This document shows, piece by piece, positions 11,717 through 25,016 of a stretch of 64,000 nucleotides of DNA. The notes under the pieces are model-generated. The model worked only from the letters and a program-made list of their open reading frames with translations, had not been told where the DNA came from and made no database searches. Numbering within the stretch: the stretch's first letter is position 1; every line of letters starts with the position of its first letter. This DNA is from Lytechinus pictus. Taxonomy: Eukaryota. The stretch lies in contig NC_087252.1 of NCBI RefSeq assembly GCF_037042905.1, positions 3,536,001 to 3,600,000 on the forward strand. Direction: 5' to 3'. The translations under genes and the position numbers were made by a program.

Positions 11717-13870
11717 GAATATATTCTTGGAAGTATATATTCGGATAAAATGTAACTCATGTTCTTGAAACATGCATAAAAATGGTATAATTTAATAGAT
11801 TTTATATGTAGTAAGATTTTGACTATCAATCAGGATGAGTACAAATGGGGAATCATTTTCATAGACCTACCATTAATGAATATGCAAGATATTATATAAC
11901 GCATTAAAGCCAATTTGAGTAACTTTAAATTAATATGTGCGTAACCTTGGCATGACGTGGTTGATGACACAAACGAGTTAATAACGCTTAAATTGGAACA
12001 TTATACTTATGAATTAAAAATTTAGCAGATGCTGGAGCAAGTCGGTATTTTTGGCACGTTTCACTTGATGTTGATCAACTAATCGAGCGTGATAACAATG
12101 CATGAATGTGACCCGCCTATGATCCATGGACAGGTGGTGTTTGAACATCTGCCCTTACAACTACAGCTGCCTTGTGTTTCCTTTGTTCAATTTTCCCGCC
12201 AGGAAAACGAATAATTGTCTTTTTAAATGATTTTAACGAACCAGGGGCTGTAAAGTGATAGGGGGATGAACAGCATAAATCAAAATTGGATGGTAATTGC
12301 ACGTTTTTATGGGGGAAACCCTTAGCATCCTCTGACACCCTCTCCCCCCAGTTCCACGGCCCTTTTCCACATCATATTTCATGTGAAAAAAAGGAATTTG
12401 AGTAAATGGAAAAAAATACCCATACCAAAGCCAAATTGCTCCACGAATTTGGGTTAGATTATGTAAGTTTCAATGGGCTAAAGAATAATGATGACAATCT
12501 TTAAATTAATAATTTACCCATGTAACGATTTTTTGCGGGAAAGGAAAGTTTAAAATAAAGTTGCTATTGTACGATATTTGTGATAACTGTATTATATTGT
12601 TGTGTGGCAGATAACTAACAGCATAAGTACCTAGTAGGTATCCATTTTTGCGGCAATACTGCCTAATGTATTTGTAATATTGCAACATAAAAAAATGTAA
12701 AAAAAGTTTATTTTTTCCTTTTTTTCCAGACCAGGGTTAATGAAGGAAATTAGCATTATAAAATATGATCGAGTCATACATATCTTACCTTTTCTGCCTT
12801 TTCGCCTGAGGTATTAAATTGGAGAAGGGTTAATGATAACATCATGATGTGCAAGGGCTGCTTGAAGAACAATTCCCTACTACTACGAATTACTATGATT
12901 CATTGACTGCTGTAACGCATAAATCTCTTATCTGCCCATCTAATAGAATGTTTTCCAAATTATATTAATGACAAAGTATTTGAATTCGTGGTTACTCCAC
13001 CTAATCAAGACCCAATGGTCTTAAATAATGTCTATTGTGAGAAGAAATGCGGGGGTACAACGTCCACACTGCACCTGTCAGATATGCAATACCTTCCATA
13101 CACTCCACCCCCCCCCCCCCTCCTCTTCCCACCCCTCTTTGTTTGGCCTCTCTGAGAGCGTTTGGGACATCATTGGCTCTTAACTCTTCTATATTTAGTT
13201 ATGAATTATGCAGGAGGACCATATTTTATCCAATTCATTAAACTGTTCGTGATAGATATGAATTTAGATAATTGGTAATCTATACATTTATTGACGGTAG
13301 TAGCCAACTGTTATTGTTATTATTACAGGAGCGTATACATTAGGGGGAAAGAAAAACTCATCCCCTCCTCCCCAGCGGATGGGGACTGATGCGATCCTGT
13401 GCACATATAAGTATATATATATATACATATATCATATACAACAACAAAGTAAGTCCCCCTTAAACAGACATCCATAATTTCCGAACCAATAGGAGTTTTA
13501 CAAATATTTTTACATGAGTGCGTAGGTAATTTTATAGGCTAACCTCTGATTGAATCTGGTGGACGTACTTTATATCATGCTGCAGTGACCACCGCTAGAA
13601 GGTGTGTAAAAGAAATTTAGACACGAATTTGAAACAGCTTGAAAAGCGTATTGCGATGGGTTTATTCGTATAAAAAAGTGTTTAAGTCAAGACATCCTAA
13701 CAAGGGAAGAACCTTGAACAGAGGGTCAAAGGGCGCACGATATCCCCATGTGAACCCACCGTCTGACAAACATTCATAAATCAAGGTTGAACTTCATTTA
13801 CTTATAATGTAGGTCTCCTATTCGCAAGAGTGAGACATTTTTCTGAACGTCGGTGACCTTTCATCCTTAA

Positions 13871-14411
13871 AGGGAAAGTTCAACCCGATAAAAAAGGTTA
13901 TTGTAAAATATAGCAGAACAAATAATGAAAAATATTGCCGGTCGGAGGTTTGATAAAAATCCATTAAAAAAAATAATTTTAATTATTTTATTTTTGATGT
14001 CATATGCGAGCAGCTTTCCTACATATCGGATGGTAAAAAATCAAAGTGTCATTATCTCAAACTCATCATAATAAGCAGTTCTTATACAGAAACGTAATAC
14101 AAAGTAATATAAAGTCTCTATGAAAACGGTTTTTACTGTACCTTTAATGTATCAATGAACAAATCATTAATTCCACACCCGTTCCTAAAAGGAAAACAAA
14201 AAATAGTCATCACGAACCATTAAAACAATGAAATTAATGCATTTTATATTACATAGCAAATGGGACAGCTGCTCGTTTGTGACGTCACTAACATCAAACT
14301 TAAAATTCCAATAACTTTGTTAATTATTGGTTAATTTTCCTCAAGCATTCACCAATATATTTCATTTTTTGCTTTTTTTACAACAAACTTTTCTTCAGGT
14401 GATCTGGCCCT
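13871..14411. mobile_element. Kolobok-like non-autonomous element (degenerate)
   Basis: TTAA|AGGGAAAGTTCAACCCGA...TCAGGTGATCTGGCCCT|ATAA: AGG/CCT ends with a TTAA-like target site. Confidence 0.5.
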
Positions 14412-14578
14412 ATAACGAAGGGCAAGATAATTGTCGCTTCTATATTTGGAGCCAAGTTCGGAGCTTAAACTGTTGATGCTCATCGCCTTGGGTGTTATCT
14501 TTTTTTTCTTTTTTGCATTTAATGGGTTTTCTAAACTATTTCATTTCTTTGACATGAACAAAATCGACAAATCGCATG

Positions 14579-14780
14579 CAAGAACTTACCCTTCATGGAT
14601 ATCGATTCCATAAATGATTTGATGTATAATTTGTATAATTTATAATCATGTTTCAAATAGTTTGTACAACTTGCTTATTGAATGTGAATGTTTATTTTGA
14701 TTTGAGAGAATACAATAAAACATCCTTTAAAAAAAATTGAAATAGTTATGGAATCGATATCCATGAAGGGTAAGGTCTTG
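14579..14780. mobile_element. Short element with ~35-bp inverted repeats
   Basis: CAAGAACTTACCCTTCATGGATATCGATTCCATAA versus TTATGGAATCGATATCCATGAAGGGTAAGGTCTTG; no clear TSD. Confidence 0.65.
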
Positions 14781-15194
14781 TGTACGTTGCTGGACAAATA
14801 GACCAATCAGGCTCACAGCCGAGACATATTTGTTCATTAAATCTGTTTTAGTGTGTTGAACACAATCATGACGAATGATTGCATATGATCTTACATATAG
14901 TTATTCATAACAAAATGGAAGCCAAAACAGGATACGTAAATATATATTTTTCTAAGTATATTTCCTCCTAAATAACAAAAGACGTAGTGAATTACTGAAC
15001 AGTAGACGTTGAACTCCTGTATAAAAAAAATTGATGAGGCAAGTCGTGCATGAGCGACCAACACGGATTAGTGAAAGCATTACGATGTTTACTCCTCCAC
15101 TATTTTAAATTGCTATACCCTTCCAAATAAAAAAAATAAATGAAAGATTTCACTCCAAATGTATAATGAAGGTGCGAAATTGTTGTAAATCAAC

Positions 15195-15400
15195 TTTGTC
15201 CACATTTATTCACATTGTGCTGGACTCCACCCAGGTGAGGAAATCGGGTACCTGGCATTGATCAATTCCTTGAAAGGCGTGTACGCTGTAAGTAATTAAG
15301 GCCTTTGAGGTAAAACTGGGAGAGCAATATCCAAGTCATTTGGAAGCGCATAGAGACTTTACAATCATAATGTGAAATAAGCTATATTAGAACTGTTATC
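15195..15400 (+). mobile_element. 5'-truncated CORE-type SINE
   Basis: CTCCACCCAGGTGAGGAAATCGGGTACC core followed by a tail that runs into the microsatellite. Confidence 0.55.
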
Positions 15401-15481
15401 ATTATTATTATTTTCATTATCATTATTATCATCAGTAGTAGTAGTAGTAGTAATAGTAACATCATTGTTATTACTATCATC

Positions 15482-15512
<31 letters not shown>

Positions 15513-15593
15513 ATAGTAGAAGTAGTAGTAATAGTAATTTAGTAGTAGTAGTAGTAGTAGTAGTTGTTGTTGTAGTAGTAGTAGTAGTAGTAT

Positions 15594-15625
<32 letters not shown>

Positions 15626-15765
15626 TCATTATTAGTATTATTGTCATCATTATTATTATTAGTAGTAGTATTATTATCATTATTATAATCATTGTTATCA
15701 TTATTATTATTATTATTAATATTATTACTATTATTATTATTATCATTATTGTTATTATTATTATC
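15395..15765. repeat. Compound (TAG)n/(TAT)n/(CAT)n microsatellite
   Basis: Read directly from the sequence; it is the source of the spurious poly-N/T/L ORFs. Confidence 0.95.
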
Positions 15766-16039
15766 AAGTCTTTGAATAAGCAAACATTACTTCTCTATGT
15801 CAAGCTTAACTGAACATACATCAAGTGAAAAAAAAAGAAATGCCAATATTCATCCTTCACATAGTGTAAAAAATGTCTCCTTTAGACTTTGAAAATTTAC
15901 TATATTTTAAGTGTGCTTCCCCACGTGTGACTTGAGAAACAATTTAATTTTTTACACAGAGGTTACTTATTAAGTGTAGAAACTCTTCTGCGTAGAAATT
16001 TTTCTACAAAGTGAGTGTGTTCAGAACCGTCTAGAGCAA

Positions 16040-19000
16040 AAACAACAAATGTTGAACAATAGTTTGAACAATATCAATGAAAACACATTTCTTTTACATT
16101 TAAATATAAGGAGCCTGAACAAGAATTTTGATCAGCTTGATCTACTTCTAGAACATTTTAATTCACATAATAGCCCTATTATTGGTCTGACTGAAACATG
16201 GCTCCAACACTCTAGTAACTCTCTTTTGAATATTGATGATTATTGTTTTCTCACAAACAACAGACATAATAGACCAGGAGGTGGTGTTGGTATGTATATA
16301 CCGAACCGCCTAGATTACTCTTGTTTAAAAGATCTTACCCACATGACTGAAAGTCTTGAATCACTTTTTATAGAGGTTAAAAATAAACACAGAAGGAATG
16401 TTATAATAGGGGTGATTTACCGCCCTCCACAATGTCCCCATGATGATTTCTTAAGAGATATCCAAAACATTTTACAAATTCCAATAATTCAAAATAAACA
16501 CTGCTTCTTAATGGGCGATTTTAACTCTGTTGCAGTCCAATGTTCAAGGATTTCCTCACGATTTTCTCGAAATCATTCTTTCGGCTTCTTTTTTACCTAC
16601 CATAACTAAACCTACGAGAGTAACAGACCGATCTTCCACATTAATTGATAATATTTTTACTAATATGCAAGATATGCCTTTAGAATCAGGAATCGTTATT
16701 TTTGATATATCTGACCATTACCCTATATTTTGTAGAACTTCTCTTTTAAACACACGAGATGATAGCCGTAATTCTAAAATAAAAACTCGCAGTTTAAATG
16801 CCAGAAATTTAGAACGCCTCAATGAAAATTTAAGTACAGTTGACTGGCAACAAATTTATAATTCTGAAGATGTGAATGAGGCTTACGATAATTTCATTGG
16901 TATTTTAAAGGATAAATTTGATATTTGTATACCACTTAGAGAACGAGTGAGTAACTATAAAAAATACCCTAGATCTCCATGGGTAACTAAATCTATCTTA
17001 AGATCGATAAACCGAAAAAATAATCTGTTTTATAAATACAAAACTAATCCAAATAATAAGACTCGTGGAAAATACACTCGATATAAAAATATTTTGACCA
17101 ATTTACTACGACAAGCGAAAACAAATTATTATGCTTTGCAATTTGAGCTTAATAAAAATAATATGAGAAACACATGGAAAATAATTAACAGAACATTAAA
17201 CAGAAACAGTAAAACGCAAAAAAATATAAAAATTAAATCAGAGACTAACGATTTTATTGAAGAACCTCAAGCAATTGCTGATACTTTTAACGCGTACTTC
17301 TCTCAAATTGGAGAAAAACTTGCAGAAAATATACCGACAACTGGCAGTAAATTTGATAATTATCTGGGTAATAACAACTCATCTTCCTTGTTTTTTGTCC
17401 CTACCGACCGTGAGGAAATTATCGGTATAGTGAATAGGTTAGAAGGAAAGAAAAGTTCAGGACACGACGAGATAGATAACCGTCTCCTCAAATCCATAAT
17501 CTTAACAATAGCGACTCCGCTGGCCCACATTTTTAACCTATCCCTAACTAGTGGCAATGTACCTAATAACATTAAAATTGCGAAAGTAATCCCAATATTT
17601 AAAAAAGGAGACACATCTGAAACAAAAAATTACAGACCAATATCACTATTACCATCATTATCCAAAGTTTTGGAAAGGATCGTATTTATTAGAGTGACAG
17701 ACTTCTTAAACAAACATAATATTTTTTGCGAATCACAGTTCGGTTTTCGATCTAATCGTGATACTACTCAAGCAATATTGAAATGCATTGATACATTATC
17801 ACATGCGATTGATCAACATTTACACACTATTGGGATATTCCTGGACTTTTCCAAGGCTTTTGATACAATTAATCATAATATCCTTTTAGTAAAGCTGTCA
17901 CACTATCGTGTTAGAGGGAAAGCCTTGGAATGGTTCAGGAATTACTTATCAAATAGAAAACAATATGTACAAATAGATAACCACAATTCAGCGTTACGAC
18001 CAATAAATTGTGGAGTCCCGCAGGGAAGCATCCTTGGCCCCTTGTTATTTATCATATACATAAACGACTTTTATAAATCTTCAGACGTTCTATCTTTCAT
18101 TTTATTTGCAGACGATTCCAACTTATTTTATTCTCATGCAAACCCAATTACTCTTCTTTCTACTATAAATCTTGAACTAAAACGTGTAGTACAGTGGGTT
18201 AAAGCCAACAAATTATCTTTAAACATCGTTAAGACAAATTTTATGTTATTTAGTAACACTTTGCGAAATCTACCCGGAGACATCCTTTTGGACAACACAC
18301 CTCTCAATAGGGTCACATCAACCAAATTCTTAGGCCTCACAATTGACGATAAATTAAAATGGAACATTCATATTCAAAATATTTCCAAAACTGTATCGCG
18401 GAATGTTGGTATAATGAACAAACTTCGACATTTCTTTCCAAAATCAACACTATTTACACTTTATTTCTCACTTATACTTCCGTATTTTAATTATGGAATA
18501 CTGGCTTGGGGTAAAGCCTACAAGAGTCTCACCGACAAAATGCTTATTCTACAAAAGAAGGTTATAAGGATTATACACAATGCTCCTTTTCGATGTCATA
18601 CTGATGATTTGTTCTACAAGTCGAATCTCCTCAAATTTCCGGATTTATTTCTTTTTCATACAGGACAATTCATGTACAAACTGAACACAAATAAATTACC
18701 AAACATTTTGATGATCATGTTTACAAAAAACAACACTATTCACAATTATCCAACCCGACAATCCCGTCGCTTCCACCTTCCCCGTACACGTACTCTCTTC
18801 GCACAAAAAACAATTACCTTCTATGGCCCTAAATACTGGAACTCACTCAGCAATGACATCGTAAATGCTGCCAGTTTGAACAGTTTTAAGATTAAACTGA
18901 AGAAACAAATTCTTGAATCATATAAAGCAAATTCCAATTGAACAGTCGATAACCAATCCCTTTTACCCTCCTCTTTCTCCCCCCCCCCCCCTCCCTGACC

Positions 19001-19605
19001 GTCTCTTTACCTCGCTCTCTTCCGCTCATTCTCCTTCATCGGTCTTATGCCCTTCACTCTTTTGCTTTTTTTCTCTCCTTCTTCTCTTCTTCTTTCAACC
19101 ACACATGTGCACCACCCTATCCTTTTGATATATTTCTTCATCCATTATCTCGGTATTTCTTCATCGACCATCACATCAACCTTATTCTTTTTTTTCTCTC
19201 TCTCATTCTCATTTTCGTTTTATACCTGTACTTTAAAAATCTTTAATTCTCTGAGGGGTCCACACTCAACAAGCCCTGCTTTTTAGTGGATCCCTCCATT
19301 TACTCAACCTTATTGGAAACAAAAAAGAGTTATAAAGGTAGCCTTGCATTTTTTTAATATTTTTTTTTTCCGAGAATGGCATACATTTTGTTCTATTTCC
19401 ATTGTATATATTGTTATTGGTTAATATGATTATCACGTTATTTAGTGTTTACCATAAACATTTATTTACTTTCTTGTATAGTCATATTGCTTGCAATGTA
19501 TATTCATTTGTATTGATTTGTACGGTTATCATTTTATATCTGTGTAATTATTCCTTATCTTGTATTGAGTTGAGAAATGAAATAAAACTTGAACTTGAAC
19601 TTGAA
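16040..19605 (+). mobile_element. 5'-truncated CR1/L2-group LINE (second family member)
   Basis: APE+RT ORF2, ~660-bp 3' UTR, then AATAAA and a (CTTGAA)n tail at 19581-19605. Confidence 0.9.
16049..18941 (+). pseudogene. LINE ORF2 (APE+RT) with one frameshift near 16526
   Basis: ORF 16049-16609 carries HLNIRSL, LTETW, YRPP, MGDFN. The homologous frame continues in ORF 16530-18941 with DNIF, SDHYP, YRPISLLP, GVPQGSILGP, LFADD. Confidence 0.9.
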
Positions 19606-20457
19606 ATGCATTTGATACAGGGCAAACAATAATTTTGATAACATTTGATATAGGCCTACTGCCAAAAGCATGAATAATAATAATGCTCAATTTTTATATA
19701 ACGCAAATTACAGTTAAGTCTATTAGCGCTCTAGAATGTAGTATGAGAAAGAAACAGTGACAGAAAATAAAGAAAAACAATCATTTTGAACCTGAATACT
19801 TTATCAACTCTTTGCACGCTGAATTAACTTTTGGGGAATAAGAATGAAAATTGTTTCCATGTTATTTTCTTTGAATCAAAATTTCCATTTTGAGCCATTG
19901 ATACTGTCATTGACTGATGATTATTAGAGATGATGTACAAGAACTTTTGCCATTTATTAGCTTCTCTAATATGAAGCTAGGGGACGAAACTGATTATTAC
20001 ATGTACTACGACTGTTGAATTTAATTGTACGGATGTGCAAAATTGAAACATCAGCATGCAAAGGGTTAAACATAACCTAAATACATTATTACACATATTT
20101 TAGGCAGATTTTTTACAATTTCGAATTAGATAATGCATCATTGGAAATTTAAATTTATCTTATGAAAAGGTAACACTTTAACATAGACTTTAAAAAACCA
20201 AGACAAGAACATCTTTTAATATTATCGGGAAGTTTATTCCATGGCTGAGGAACTGAATATTGAAATGCTCTTTGTCCATATGAAATTGTATTTACATTTA
20301 GGGTAATGAACATCTTTCTGTTACTTGAACGTGGTTGCCTACCCGGGTGATGCTCATGACGAAGCTATTGTAAGTATGAAGGGGTCACTTTATGCTGACA
20401 TTTTAAAACAGTTACACAAAAATTGAAAATCAATCTTTCGCTGGTAACCAATGTAAT

Positions 20458-20646
20458 AGAGGTGCCGTGGCCGAGTGGTCTAAGGCGCCTGGCTATACAT
20501 GGAAAAGTCCGGGGTTCGATCCCCGGACGCGGCCGCTATGCCCTTGAGCAAGGCATTTAATCTACATTCTTCTTTTATCCCGTTTTCAAATAAAAGGAAA
20601 TGCTATATGCATTATTGGTAACTAGGTGTGAACTTGTTTTAAAAAA
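20458..20646 (+). mobile_element. tRNA-derived SINE
   Basis: A box TGGCCGAGTGG, B box GGTTCGATCC, then CCCTTGAGCAAGGCATTTAA; a close second copy starts at 24824. Confidence 0.85.
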
Positions 20647-20736
20647 TGTAAGTTGCAAAGCATAAGAAAAACTGATTCTCGAGACCGTGTTTTAGTGATA
20701 ACCCTGGCAGCAGGAGTCTGAATTCGGTGCAATCTA

Positions 20737-20975
20737 CACAGCAAAAACTGTGGTGTTAACCGGTGTACACAGAGGACCACACCAGTCATTTTACACCGAT
20801 GTTAAATTGGTGGTGTTAGTTTTACAGCTATAGGTGTTATTACAACACCTATGGTTGTTACATTTACACTCTTTGGTGTTATGTTCAATCTCTATGGTGT
20901 TATTTTAACACCTCAGGGTGTGGTCCTCTATTAACACCAATTGGTGTCAGTTTTAACACCACAATTTTTACAGTG
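20737..20975. mobile_element. CMC-type MITE with GGTGTT subterminal repeats
   Basis: TA|CACAGCAAAAACTGTGGTGTTAA...TTAACACCACAATTTTTACAGTG|TA. Confidence 0.8.
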
Positions 20976-21020
20976 TACTGATCAGTTTGTCCGACCCACT
21001 GGATTGACTGCATTATCAAC

Positions 21021-21183
21021 CAGGGGCCGCGGAAGCGGGGGGGCTGGGTTGGCTTCAGCCCCCCCCCCCCCACTTTTTTCCAAAACCATGTACAAAACCG
21101 TAAAAATGACCATACGATTGTGATTTTTTGCATGGTCAGCACCCCCCCCCCCCCCCATTTTGAAAACCGTTCCGGGGCCCCTG
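21021..21183. mobile_element. hAT-like MITE with apparent 5-bp TSD
   Basis: TCAAC|CAGGGGCCGCGGAA...TTCCGGGGCCCCTG|TCAAC. Confidence 0.7.
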
Positions 21184-21229
21184 TCAACTACGCCAATTCA
21201 TGAACCGTGTTGAAAGACTGTGGGATCAT

Positions 21230-21319
21230 TCAGGCAACTGAATCTGTTCTTGGTATCGCTTTGAGTGTAACCCCGTTGGGTGGAGTAAGGGTACCACCTC
21301 CCCCGAATACTGGTGGAAT
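21230..21319 (-). CDS. Cytochrome P450 (clan 3, CYP3A-like), last coding exon
   Basis: poly-T-AG acceptor, then IPPVFGGGGTLTPPNGVTLKAIPRTDSVA*; phase 0 matches the previous exon ending CAQTE. Confidence 0.85.
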   Translation of the reverse strand: MPPVFGGGGTLTPPNGVTLKAIPRTDSVA

Positions 21320-22637
21320 CTAAAAAAAAAATGAAAGGAAACTTTTATCAGGGAGGCAAATGATGATTATGATAATTATTTTTTTCTACTAACAGTAGTT
21401 ATGGCTTCTGAACAACAGTGTTAGATGTATTACTATTTCTTTGGTCATCGGACTCTGGCTTATATATGTTTTTATGAAGAACCTTTACTTCCTCGGTAGG
21501 TCCATGGAGTTTCTTTATCTGAATCGTTTACAGACACAATCGCATGCATTGGTACCAATAGCTTTTATAATAACATCAGTGCAAAACAGAATATAAAGTC
21601 CTAGTTTGTCTTGATACAACTCGGGATACAACTCCTCATATCGAGTAGTCATGTGGAGCATTTCATCAAGTGTAGAGCCTCCCCCCCCCCACATCTCCTG
21701 ATATATACAATACATGTCGTCATAAAAATATGCATATCTATCATATCTGCTGGTACCAAACACAATACTACTGATACCGCCATTACATTCAGGGATTTAG
21801 TTTCTTCAGTGCAAGCTTCAATGAATATGTAAAATGCTTAGGTTTGGATGTTAATGGGGAATAGGGAGGAAAAAATTCTCTGATATCATTGATATCATCA
21901 TGATCTAGGATGATTATAATTGTATTAAACCATCCATGACTTCAATTTCATAATAAGAGCAGTAACTATCTGTCACACAACATCCTATGAGTGGAAAGCC
22001 ATGTGTTGATTATGTTCATTTTACATTGGTTAAAGCACAAAGAGTTGGTTTGACCATGGACCTACTAGCTAGTAGGTCCATGGTTTGACATGAACTTTCA
22101 GGGTGCAATCTTCATGCTTTAAATTGCTTTTACAACAACTACAGTCATTCATCTCATAAATTGAAACTTTTTTGTTGTTGTTTTATTGATCTTACACGAT
22201 ATGGTTCGTAGGTGAGGGCAGAGCATTTTTGAAGAAAAAAAGAACATAGCAAAAGAGGGACAGAACCAACCTGGCAATTTCATGAAATAACTTCTTTTTT
22301 ACGTCTGGTTGTCTTTTGTCTCTCTTCTGTTCATGGATAGCTAAAGCCACGATAATTTGAGATCAAGCTAAGTTTTCATGTGTCCTAAAATATTGAGATA
22401 TATCGTTCCATGAAAAGCAACACATTGGCGGTGGGATGCACATATTTTATGGAATTGTCAGCTTTCTGCAATCTTCTGAATTCCACCACGTAATAGCAGG
22501 AGGCTTTTCATAGAAGTGGAAATTCTGTGGCTGGGGTATTGCACTATGATGCTAGTGAAAAGGCTTGAGAATGGAACATCATAATATTGACATCTATATA
22601 TTAATGATATTTGTTTGTGTAGTTTAGAATACCATAC

Positions 22638-22800
22638 CTCAGTCTGTGCACACGTCTCGAATCTAAACTTCTGAAGAAGACGGCAAACGGCCATCTTGGT
22701 TTCCATGAGAGCGAAACGCATTCCAACGCAGTTTCGAGGACCGCTTCCAAAGGGCAGGTAAGAATATGGGTGTCTCTTCTCTCGTTCAGACTTGTTAAAT
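22638..22800 (-). CDS. Cytochrome P450 (clan 3, CYP3A-like), heme-binding exon
   Basis: (R)FNKSEREKRHPYSYLPFGSGPRNCVGMRFALMETKMAVCRLLQKFRFETCAQTE contains the FxxGxRxCxG heme motif; AG/GT splice sites. Confidence 0.95.
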
Positions 22801-23264
22801 CTGTGTTAAGGGTGGATGGAAACAAAATTGGCAACATGTAGTTTATTGATTTTACAACACCATTCACCATCAGGACAATCTACTTGGTGTAATATTAAAG
22901 AAGAAAACAATCATTGAATCATGTCCATATATACGTATCCATACCAGGAATAAAATAATGAAGAAAGTTGACATTTTTTTTTTGCAATTTGAATGTTGGA
23001 GGAGCGATCTTTTCCAAATTTTATTCCAACCTTGCTTATTAGCTACCACTGGCTTAAATCCGAGCGCAGAATCTTTTCTTCAGGGCAATGATTCTGTGCC
23101 ATCCCGCACACACGCATACACTTGAATAGTATGATGTCACAGATTTACGCCAATATAATATCTATATCCATCAACTAAGTGGTGGATTCGAACCATATTA
23201 AGTGCTGTAGGCAATATCTCGAAAAGGTTGTCCCCTCAAACTTTTCAATGTTTAATATTACAAT

Positions 23265-23670
23265 AATGATAATAATAATTAGACTTATATCGCGCCAAAT
23301 CCACTCTGAAGAGTGCTCAAGGCGATTTTTATGAAATTATAAAAAAAAAATTAAGAAGAATTGAAGGGAAATGTTTTAAGGTAATGTTTGAAAGTTTCAG
23401 AGTTCAAGCACTGTTTGATGTTTTCTGGGAGGCTATTCCATAACTTAGAGGATGAGTATTAAAACAAATGATCTTTCCCCCAAGGTTTTGGAAACTTTGG
23501 GGGTAACAAGCGAATTGGAAAATGTGGAACGTAAGGATCGTGAAGGGGTATAACCTTTGATCAGTGAAATGAGGTACTAGGGAGAAGAGCCATGGACGCA
23601 GTGGAAAGTTAACAACAAAATCTTAAACATAATACGTTGTTTTACAGAGAGCCAATGTAAGGATCTGTAA
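23265..23670 (-). mobile_element. L2 LINE 3' fragment in a CYP intron
   Basis: SLHWLSVKQRIMFKILLLTFHCVHGSSP...RSLRS...LWNSLPENIK, followed by an (ATT)n tail. Confidence 0.85.
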
Positions 23671-24011
23671 TATAAAATTTCAGAATTTAGCGTGAAGTTC
23701 TGTATACAAAAATAGAATAATGATATCTACTTTGATTTCTATTGTTTTACTGTATACCTTTTTTATTTGTTTTTATGCTATGTAATACAAAAGGGATGCG
23801 TAGTTCGATCTGGTTGACTTAGATGGGATTCGACTTAAAGTATCTAAATAATGTAGCAAATACACTGCATAATCTCTCTTGAAATTATTAGGAGTAACTG
23901 CACATAGTGTTCCACACTGAGAACCCATTGGGGCACACACTGTGAGACACTGTTTTCTTTCCAGGAAGGTAGAGCGATGGTTTGACTGATAGATGACTAA
24001 TGCAGACTTGC

Positions 24012-24345
24012 GGAAGCGTCGTGGTGTAACGGTTCTGACTCTCGCCTTGCAATCAGAGGGTCGTCCGTTCGAATCCCACCACGGCCTAGCGTCCTTTGGC
24101 AAGCCATAATCTATACTTTGCCACTCTCCACCCAGGTGTTAAATGGGTACCCGGTAGGATGAGAACGCTTATGTAGTATGCCTAGCAATTGAGTCTTGGA
24201 ACTCTTGTTAGAATGCTCTCCAGGGAGAGGAGAAAATGCATACATTGTATGCAGGCATTTCAAGATCCGATGACCGGGGTAATAATAATTGCAATATAAA
24301 GCGCTATATAAATGTAACTTTTATTATCATTATTATTATTATTAA
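24012..24345 (+). mobile_element. tRNA-derived CORE-type SINE
   Basis: A box TGGTGTAACGG, B box GTTCGAATCC, core CTCCACCCAGGTGTTAAATGGGTACC, L2-like tail GCGCTATATAAATG...(ATT)n; a TAG/TAT microsatellite continues to ~24440. Confidence 0.85.
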
Positions 24346-24363
24346 TCATTATTATAATTATTA

Positions 24364-24396
<33 letters not shown>

Positions 24397-24483
24397 TTAC
24401 GATCATTATTATTATTATCATTATTATTATCATTATTAACTGGAAAGAAGAATAGAGCGAACTGAAAACAAAAGCAAACCAAC

Positions 24484-24621
24484 CTTTCAGGATCAAACTT
24501 CTCTGGCTCAGGCCAATACTCAGGATTGTGATGGATTGCTTTCAACGGGAAAATAACTTGGACTCCTTTCTCCACCACTATACCGTTGTATTCAAAGGTT
24601 TCAGTGCAAACTCTGTTGGCA
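24484..24621 (-). CDS. Cytochrome P450 (clan 3, CYP3A-like), PERF exon
   Basis: (I)ANRVCTETFEYNGIVVEKGVQVIFPLKAIHHNPEYWPEPEKFDPE(R); phase-2 AG/GT junctions fit both neighbouring exons. Confidence 0.95.
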
Positions 24622-24823
24622 CTGCTTGTTGATAAGATAAATAAGATAAAATTATAGTGATGACATAATTGAATCAGTAATATATTTGTATTGTATGAAA
24701 TGTCAGACAAAAAATAAAAGATTTATATTTTGTAATCAGATGCAACATAATTGTAGTGAATCACACTGGCTGTAAGAATTTCAACCTATCATTATCAATC
24801 ATTATGCACAATTAAAAGCTTGT

Positions 24824-25016
24824 GGAGGTGCCGTGGCCGAGTGGTCTAAGGCGCCTGGCTATACCTGAGAAAGTCCGGGGTTTGATCCCCGGCCGCGGCA
24901 GCTATGCCCGTGAGCAAGGCATTTAATCTACAATGCTCTTTTATCTTTCTTTCAAATAAATGGAAATGCTATGTGCATTATAGGTAACGAGGTGTGAACT
25001 TGTTTTTAAAAAAATA
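24824..25016 (+). mobile_element. tRNA-derived SINE (same family as 20458)
   Basis: Closely similar to 20458-20646 over its full length. Confidence 0.85.

Noticed and set aside
15382..15783. ORFs of poly-Asn/Thr/Leu/Ile
   Set aside because: They are translations of a trinucleotide microsatellite.
20458..20535. tRNA genes (also 24012, 24824, 37895)
   Set aside because: The A/B boxes run into SINE core and tail sequence, the copies are dispersed, and I could not build a convincing full cloverleaf.
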